NCBI RefSeq assembly: GCF_006345805.1
Contig: NC_043000.1
Span: 100,440,001 to 100,504,000 of the forward strand
Reading direction: 5' to 3'
Length of the DNA stretch: 64,000 bases
DNA from: Octopus sinensis
Lineage: Eukaryota
This document shows positions 55,712 through 64,000 of this stretch, piece after piece. The translations under genes and the position numbers were made by a program. Below the pieces are notes generated by a model that worked only from the letters and a program-made list of their open reading frames with translations, was not told where the DNA came from and ran no database searches. Within the stretch, counting starts at the first letter, position 1. Each line of letters opens with the position of its first letter.

Positions 55712-57225
55712 AGATACTAGTTACTTTTGGCCGCCAATTAACAAAAAAAAATTAAAGGAATAAATATATGTTGTAGGCACGTGAACGCAGAAAGCATTTA
55801 GATCAATTCAAATAGATTCGGTCATATTTGACCTGTGATAAAATAGAAAAAAAAAAACCGTATTCAGTGCAATTTACCATGGAGAAAATTCTCATCTTAA
55901 ACAATAGAAGTCAAAATACCAACAGTCATCTCACTGCGCCCTAACGAAGATCGATGAATGGATTCCAAAGTAATTGGTCACAAGACATTGACAACCCTGA
56001 AATGATTCTTGAAGTTATGGCTTCCGTTATAGAGAATCTGTATATATTATGAGCTGATTTCGTGCGATACCGGCCAGGCTAGAATAAAATATGTTGTGTA
56101 TGTGTCAAAGCACTTTTGTGATGAAACAAACATTTAGGTTAGTTCAAATAAGTTCAGATCATATTTAACCTGTGCAAAAGCCATATTCTCTACAATTTGC
56201 CATTGAGAAAATTCTCGCTTTAGGCGATAGATGTCAAAACGCCAGTAGTCATCTTACGGCGCCATCTGGTAGAACGATTAATGCGTTTCAGTGTTTGTTA
56301 GTTTCAGAAATATTACTCTAATGCACCCTGTTCTGGCAGGGTAATTATTTGAGGGTGATTTGGTAACTGCTATTTCTAGACAACCTTCTGTGGCTGGGAT
56401 TTAAATTAGCGCCAGTATTTGACTGGTTCTTTAAGGTTATTGCCCCGGCACCGGAGGGACGCAAAACAAAGTTGACCTAAGCAGGACTTGAATATAGAAA
56501 TCTAAATCACAAGATATACCAAATGACAATTTATCCGATGTTCTAACGACTTTGTCAATCCGCTGTTCTTCTGCAATTCCATCTCACCGTAAATCGTTAG
56601 ACATACAAGACACTTTAAAGGGTAAAAAAAAAACAAAGAACCAAAAAACAAAAGTGCTGCTAGTAGAAAACATTAAAATAAACATGAATGAAACATGATG
56701 ATATATGGTGATGGTGATGATGATGATGATGATGATGATGGTGGTGGTGGACCAACTCCAAAAGACTAACTCCAAATACACTGTTTATTGTCTCATATTC
56801 ATAACTCTGCTGACTTTTGGTCGTCCCTCCCCCAAACAATTAAATATTGTTCATTAGTTACATATATCAGCAGACTGTTTTTGTTTTGCAAAACTAAACA
56901 AACATAAACTTTAATTAGTGAATGATATTTTATTCACCGTTTTTCTTTTTACTGTTGCATTGAACGATTTTTTTTAATGTTGTGCTTCATGTTGAGTTTA
57001 GCATTTTGTTTGGTGTGATCAGAAATAGTAGAGAATCTAAGGTATTGAAGAACGGGTAGACATTGGGTGCAAGGGTGACTTGTTTTAGTTTCGTTTCAAG
57101 AACACGGAGGCTTGGGTTAGTGTCTTTTACTAAAGCCTTGTGAGTAAATTTTGGAGACGAAAACTGTATGGAGGCCTGTCATGTATACACATACATACAC
57201 ACATATTTGTATATATATATATATG

Positions 57226-57267
<42 letters not shown>

Positions 57268-57399
57268 TGTATACTACTTCCCAGCACCCACACCGCGCAC
57301 CATCGTCTGCATACCCACACACCATCATCCGCACACACACACTTACACATTCTCAAATATACACACACGCACGCACGCACATCGTTTTGGGATCACTAA

Positions 57400-57650
57400 T
57401 ACTTTATTATCTCCCCTTCTTTCTACCTCTCCTGTTAAACCTTTTTTCCAAAACCAGTTCCCATGCTTGATCGCTAAATCCACAAGTTCTTTTTCATTCC
57501 CTCTCTGTTTAGTTTCTGTTATTCCTTTCTGTTGAAGAGCGTAGGCTCGAAACTTGAAAGACTTTATCACTTTCCCGCGTGTCAAACTAATACACCTTCT
57601 TGTTGTTCATACACCTGTCTCCGTTTTTTGTTTTCATTTATGTAAATTTC
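57400..57650 (+). mobile_element. Putative Penelope-like terminal repeat remnant within the microsatellite centre of a SINE-A copy
   Basis: Homologous to the reverse complement of 50800-50925; SINE-A pieces lie at about 57110-57190 and 57770-57960 on either side. Confidence 0.5.
57525..57560 (+). ncRNA. Hammerhead-like motif (A6U core, decayed stem III)
   Basis: CTTT|CTGTTGA|A|GAGC-GTAG-GCTC|GAAACTTG|AAAG: stem I CTTT/AAAG. Confidence 0.35.
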
Positions 57651-58544
57651 AACTACACACACACACACACACACGCACACACACACACACACACACATAC
57701 ACACACACATACACACACACATATATATATGCATATATAACTATATGTATGACGTTGTTTGTGCTGCCTCACACACATCACTGGACAACCAATGTTAGTT
57801 TGCTAACGCGTTTGTAAACTAGTGGTTCGTCAAAAGTAACCGATGGAATAAGCACAAAAATAAAACATATAAATACTACGGTTGATTTGTTTAATTAAAC
57901 CTGTGAATTTGATGTTCAGCATGGTCACAGTTCGATTGCTGATGTGAGTAGAAGGTAAAAGATAAATGAGTCTATGTGCACTTATGAGCTAGTTTACGTA
58001 TATATGTATTCCATGTGTATATGTGTATAAATGCGTATGTAAGAAATGTCTATTTATGCGTGCATTTATGTATATCTGTGTGTGTGCATGTACAACCTGT
58101 CGCATGGTCGGGCCGTCGGTAATAAAAAACCCAGCAACCTTACCAAACCTTCTTCACAAAGGGGTTGCACGATACCCGGTACGCGACCAGCTACAGATAA
58201 ATAACGAAATATATTATAATCAAACGAAGCGAGATACCTTGGCTACCTCACGAGATACACCTGTACCGAACGATGCGTCACAAACAGTTGTCTAGAATCC
58301 CAGCCGCGAGAAACCGATGCAAGATGGGTCGAAACGATCGTTATGATTGATAAAAAATCTCGTAAATTCCGTTTTACTCTTCCTGTCATGCTATATATAC
58401 ATCCAGCAAAATGTTTTGAAATAACTGGCTATAATGAATAAAAGAGTGATTATCTAATCGATATTTGAATTGAAGATAGTTCACATCTAAATTAACATAC
58501 AACTCCACATCATAGAACGCAAAGTAAATCAACAAAATCAACAG

Positions 58545-58862
58545 ATATTAAAGTGAAGAGAGGAAGAGAGGAAGTAGGTGTGAGATGAAAAGAGGAGAGG
58601 AGGAGAGTTGAGCCCATGTGACGCAAAGGAGCGAAGAGAGAAGATTAATACTGTTCACGGTGAAGGCGGGAGTCCGGATGGCCCCTGTGCAAAGACAATC
58701 CGAAAACAGACAGGTGTTGTAATGAATGACCGGTAGAGCGGAAATGGCGAGGGCGTCCTTGCCGAGTCGAATGTCTCGGAGGTTCTCCGTGAACCGGTCA
58801 GCCAAGCGACGTCCCGTTTGACCGATGTACAGAGAAGGACAAAAAGAGCAGGGGATCCAGTA
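58545..58862 (-). mobile_element. Penelope-like element fragment: GIY-YIG endonuclease C-terminal half
   Basis: Minus strand PCSFCPSLYIGQTGRRLADRFTENLRDIRLGKD, then after shifts HREQY.IFSLRSFASHGLNS. Confidence 0.8.
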
Positions 58863-58872
58863 AGTGGGGTTG

Positions 58873-58921
<49 letters not shown>

Positions 58922-59033
58922 ATATATAATATACTTATTTATATATACAATACACATTATAATAGCTATATATGAAAAGTATGCGTGTGTATGGAGGTGT
59001 GTGTAAATGTACATATATATACAAGTAAATGTG

Positions 59034-59102
<69 letters not shown>

Positions 59103-60618
59103 GTTGTTGGTTGCCTCTCGTGTTTCCGAGCTTGCAATCCAGTTCATTTTCCCGGGTGTTTAAACTGCAGATGGTTCAGCAATCCAAGGGTTGCATGAAA
59201 CATAGGGGACATTATAGACCATAGGACTTTTTTGGGGGGAAGGGGAAAGTAGGAAGGAAGGAAATAGCACTAGGTGCCATGGCATGATTTTGTTTAAGGT
59301 GGACCGCCATTTGCCAGGCGGAGGCCCAATCACTTGGCTCAGAGGACGTCATCAGTGCACCATGGAGGAGACGTACAGACTTTCACCTGTGAGTTGCAAC
59401 GAGCTGCCGTGGATCAGTTCTTTTAGGCCACGCTTTGTTGTAGCCAGCCCGCTTGGCACAGTCTTCTTCCGCTGTCACACATTGAGAGACATAGATGTCG
59501 CTTCGTCTGCCTGATCAACAGTTGAGGAGTTGAAGATTCCTTCTCGTAGCCTTAGCCTAAAGAGACATCCTGTAAGGCAACAGAGGAGGGTCCAATTTTA
59601 TCCATTGGTGGGGCCCTAGCAGGTGCTCCCACTCCGGGCCAGAGTGGACCTGGGAGAAATGGCAACTAAGGGGTGTCTCCACGTTCCACATGACTCCTGT
59701 TATGGCACAAGGCCAGCAATTTCGGGGTGGTGGTGGTAATTCGACACAGTGCCAGCTGGTACTTATCTATTACATTATATATTAGTGCATTGTATACATT
59801 ATATTATATTATATTATATTATATTATAGATGTATATAGATGCAATATTTATTAGACAAACCGAACGGATAAATATCTTTATAGTGATAATGTGTAGGAA
59901 TATGATACTCTATAACGTTTCGAAAGGTGCGATCACTGCAGATTAAGGTGATAGTTAGTGCTAAATTTATATTTATACCAATATTTAAATCTGAGTTAGT
60001 TATTCGTCTATTTGTCAGTATATTCTACATTTGCTAACAGTTGTTTTGTAGCAATAGTTAGAAGAGCGAGAAATAGAGTAACATTTATGACGGTACGAAA
60101 GGCATAACGTTGGATCTTTAATATCGCATTTATATCATGATATAATAATGAGCGTAGTGATTTTATATGTTTGTAGGAGAGAAAATAGTAATTCAGTGAA
60201 AGAGAAGTAGTGAGAGTAATAGCCCTGGCTGAGAGAGAGAGCGAGAGAAAGTAATAGCAATGAGAGAAAGGAACTAGCAAAGAGCGCGTCGTGTATCTTC
60301 TGTTTTTCTCCGTCACAACACATGAATGAGAAGGAAAGGGGTGGTAGATGAATAACGAAGTAAGGGGTGAAAACAATCAGCGTTTCAACTCTGTGTCAGT
60401 ATGTGTATGTACAAGGGACATATATGAATGTGAATGTGTGTGTGTGTGTGTGTGCGCGCGCGCAATGGAAATGGGATGGTGAACGTTTAACGCCGAAAAG
60501 AAAAATCAAACAGTATTTCAACTCTGTTTCAGTATATGTGTGTGTATATGTGTGCATGTACAAGGGAAGTATGTGAATATTTGTATCTATGATTATTACG
60601 TACCTTATTTTGTACCTT

Positions 60619-60984
60619 ATTACCTCCGCCTTTATCTAAGGCGGAGGTATTTTTTTCAGTCGTGTTTATTTGCTTGTTTGTCCGTAGACAAGATATCTCA
60701 AGAACTGCTGGATGGATTCGGATGAAACTTTCAGAGATGTTTGGTCCCGTGACTGACACGAGCTGATTAAATTTTGAGATCGATCCGGTGTCGGGCAAGG
60801 AATCTGGATTATTTTTCCTTTTTACTTAATTTTTGAGAGCGGTCGGATTCATTTTTAGTATTCTCGTTTTTGAGAGCAGTCGAGTTTATTTCAGAAATTC
60901 TCATTTTAAAACCATCTCCGGCTAATCATTGAGAGGACGTTGGTGTTGCCTTGGTGGAGGTTTTCGCTCTCTGAGTGCTCTTGT
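60619..60984 (+). mobile_element. Helentron-associated non-autonomous element (HINE/DINE-1-like)
   Basis: 5' ACCTCCGCC (60622-60630) with its inverted copy GGCGGAGGT (60640-60648); 3' subterminal GGTGGAGGT (60953-60961) followed by a GCTC-TCT-GAGT stem-loop and T-rich ends. Confidence 0.7.
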
Positions 60985-61039
60985 TTATATATAAAATACT
61001 ACAATTAGCCGCCATTTTGACGGCACGGGGCCAGCTAGT
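60985..61039 (+). mobile_element. Possible Helitron 3' end remnant
   Basis: GCCG-CCATTTTGA-CGGC hairpin followed by CTAG|T at 61035-61039. Confidence 0.35.
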
Positions 61040-61272
61040 GTAATATAAAACATCACAAGTGAATATTAGTATTATTTTCAAAGGATAATATCAAAGCTTA
61101 ATTGTCATAGTATTATTGTATACATTATGTGCTATATCACGATTAAGTGAGAAATGGAGGAAGAAATGATAAATACTGAAGATATGTAGAGGAACAAATG
61201 TAATAATGTTAAACAGACGTTATGTTGGTAGCCCAATCTCACCTTTGAATGTGTAGCATAAAATATTAGATA

Positions 61273-62126
61273 TCTTTTATCTTTTACATTTTTCAGTCAT
61301 TTGACTGCGGCCAAGCCAGAGCACCGGCTTCAAGAATTTTGGTCGAATGAATTGACCCTAGTGCTTTTTGTTTTTATCTTAAGCCTGGTACTTATTCTGG
61401 CGGGCACTTTACCTAACCGCTAAGTTACGAGGACGTAAACGCACAAACACTGGGTGTCAAGCGGTGGTGAGGGGACAAACACAGGCAGGCAGACTGACAG
61501 ACAGACACAAACACACGCACACACATACACACACATACATATATACGGCAAGCTCCTTTCAGTTTCTGTCTACGAAATCCATTCACAAGGCTTTGGTCGA
61601 CCCGAAGCTGTAGTAGAAAACACTTGCCCAAGGTGCCACGCAGTGGGTCTGAAACTGGAATCATGTGGTTGGGAAGCAAGCTCCTTATCACACAGCCATG
61701 CCTGCACCTATACTCTTACTCTTTACTCTTTACTCTTTTACTTGTTTTAGTCATTTGACTGCGGCCATGCTGGAGCACCGCCTTTAGCCGAGCAAATCGA
61801 CCCCGGGACTTATTTTTTGTAAGCCCAGTACTTATTCTATCGGTCTCTTTTGCCGAACCGCTAAGTGACGGGGACGTAAACACACCAGCATCGGTTGTCA
61901 AGCAATGCTAGGGGGACAAACACAGACATACAAACATATACACACGCACACTTATATATATATACATATATACGACAGGCTTCTTTCAGTTTCCGTCTTC
62001 CAAATCCACTCACAAGGCATTGGTCGGCCCGGGGCTATAGCAGAAGACACTTGCCCAAGATGCCACGCAGTGGGACTGAATCCGGAATCATGTGGTTGGT
62101 TAGCAAGCTACTTACCACACAGCCAC
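61273..62126 (-). mobile_element. Two head-to-tail SINE family A copies (61273-61711 and 61712-62126)
   Basis: The (AAAGAGT)n tail of the 61712-62126 copy abuts the ATAGGTGCAGG head of the 61273-61711 copy. Confidence 0.85.
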
Positions 62127-63842
62127 AGGTAATAAGTTAAAGATTAATTGTTTTAGGTATGTTTCATACGATAAATCATAAATTGTTGTGCATTTATCGT
62201 GTTTTTATTAAAGAAGATATGTAAACCTGGGAAAATATTGACAGGAAGAGGAGTAAAGAAAATCATAGTCTGTTAAAAATGAAATTATTTCTCTATGTTG
62301 TGTTAAATTGTTTCAAAGATTGTAACAGTATTAGAAATATTATTAGGTACAATCTAATTCTATTCTGGTAAAACCTATGGCTTTGCACGTAGGTTTGTAT
62401 ATCTAAACGCATATTAGTTTTATGATGCAATTAGAGATAGATTTTAATGCGAGTGTCGCATGAACGGAAATAGATTGGGTTATGCTATGACTTCATGTTT
62501 TTACATTAAGTGTAAAGGGTACAAAACTTATTACTATTGTAGAGATTAGTCTGAAAATTGCTATTAGAGCAATTTGGTTAACTTAAATTTATTAGTATCA
62601 ATGACATTTTTGCGTAATGGTTAATAATAAATGCGATGGGGAAATTGCATCAGTACAAAAATAAGTTAACTGTTATAAATTCTGATTTCTAAAGTGAAAT
62701 AACAAACAAAAGATACTCAAATTGATAAATTGTCATTTTGTTAGAATAATCCACTAAGAGAGAAAATAAGGACAGCTTTACAAGTTAAAAAGGTGTTATA
62801 TGATGTATCTTATGTAAAGTTTTGATTTATAAAGGAATCTGAAATTAGATGTGCATAGGAAAATGGGTGTTGAGTTGTCATTTGTAGATGTCAATTGTTT
62901 GTTTACTTCATTTAATGCTTAGCTGTCAAAGAGAGGTGGGACGTTTCAAATATCAAGACGTTCAGATATGTTGTGTTGAGAAGATGAAATATATTCTGAG
63001 TAGGAACAGATAAGTGTTACAGCGAAGTGAAATTATAATTTTTTCTTCTTCTAATATTACAATTATAGTACTATCAATGGCAGCTTTCAAAATTAAATAC
63101 AGTACGCAGAAAACAACAGCATGAACAAACATGTGAAAATTTGTTATTCGCTGTTCAAACTACTTCTCAGCACACATAGTCTAAGTATAATTTCATTATT
63201 TGTCCTCCCTCTTCTCATATAGTTTGCATCACTTTCTTATCACAATAAACCCGCAACAATTTATAATTTACGCAGATGGACGAGCACGAGAAACTAATGT
63301 ATTTATAAATACGTAAACTAATATAAACTGTTTATAAATATATGAATTATTTATAAGCTAATTTAATTTATAACCTTAAAACCATGCCAATACATATCTT
63401 ACTTTAATCATCTGAAGTTAATCTAATAATTAGACATAAAAATCTAACTACAATTCCCCTTCCCTTATACAACTTTTCCTTCGGTTTTTCTCTTTAATTT
63501 AACTCTTCCTCTTCTTATCACTTCTTTGACTTCCGTTTCATTTGACCCAAACTACAAAATTGCACTATTTTATGATCAAACTAGTCTTATATCTGCAAAC
63601 TTTAACAACACACAGAGAAAATATTCTGTTCCATTTGCATAAAATATTTGCTCAAGCTACCTTAGAATTACCTATAGTAAATTCATTTTCTTCTGGCCCT
63701 ATTTAATACCTCCATTCAATCTGTTAATACCTATTTCTCCAATATATTCGTGTTCGTAAGCACACCTATAATTAGTTTCATCAACTTGAAAATTGATAGT
63801 AACATATATATAAACTCCTGTTCATATATATATATATGTATA

Positions 63843-63995
63843 TACGACGGGCTTCTTTCAGTTTCCGTCTACCAAATCCACTCACAAGGCTTTGGTCAGC
63901 CAGAGGCTTTAGTAGCAAACACTTGATCAAGGTGCCACGTAGTGGGACTGAAACCGCAACCATGTGATTGGGAAGCAAGCTTCTTACCACACATC
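63843..63995 (-). mobile_element. SINE family A, 5' half
   Basis: ACGACGGGCTTCTTTCAGTTTCCGTCTACCAAATCC..CAAGGTGCCACG..GGGACTGAA. Confidence 0.85.
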
Positions 63996-64000
63996 ATCAC

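Noticed and set aside
59230-59710. GC-rich non-coding block
   Set aside because: Probably the 5' region of a dispersed retroelement (its 3' part resembles 51840-51890), but no diagnostic motif supports a call.

Overview
AT-rich, microsatellite-saturated, repeat-dense eukaryotic DNA. I could not confidently identify any host protein-coding exon. Composition and repeat content suggest a coleoid cephalopod (Octopus-like) intron or intergenic region; this is inference only. Almost all short ORFs in the track are microsatellite artefacts or decayed transposon pieces. Recognisable content: one full-length but frameshifted mariner (15263-16551) nested in an inverted-repeat element; an internally deleted mariner; four DD37D/maT-like remnants; a decayed CR1-group LINE; a truncated Mag-clade Gypsy element with a duplicated tRNA-Ser-type PBS; RTE, L1/Tx1-like and R4/Dong-like (RLE) non-LTR fragments; Helitron/Helentron non-autonomous copies; several MITEs; about 20 copies of three tRNA-headed SINE families (labelled A, B, C here); and several Penelope-like element (PLE) remnants. 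The most interesting signal is a set of minimal type-I hammerhead-ribozyme-like motifs in putative PLE termini (581-615, 50884-50919, 52520-52566, 57525-57560). They have non-canonical cores (CCGACGA or CUGUNGA) and covarying stem I. Several long near-perfect hairpins (10225-10297, 26565-26666, 52550-52587) may be inverted PLE-terminus duplications.
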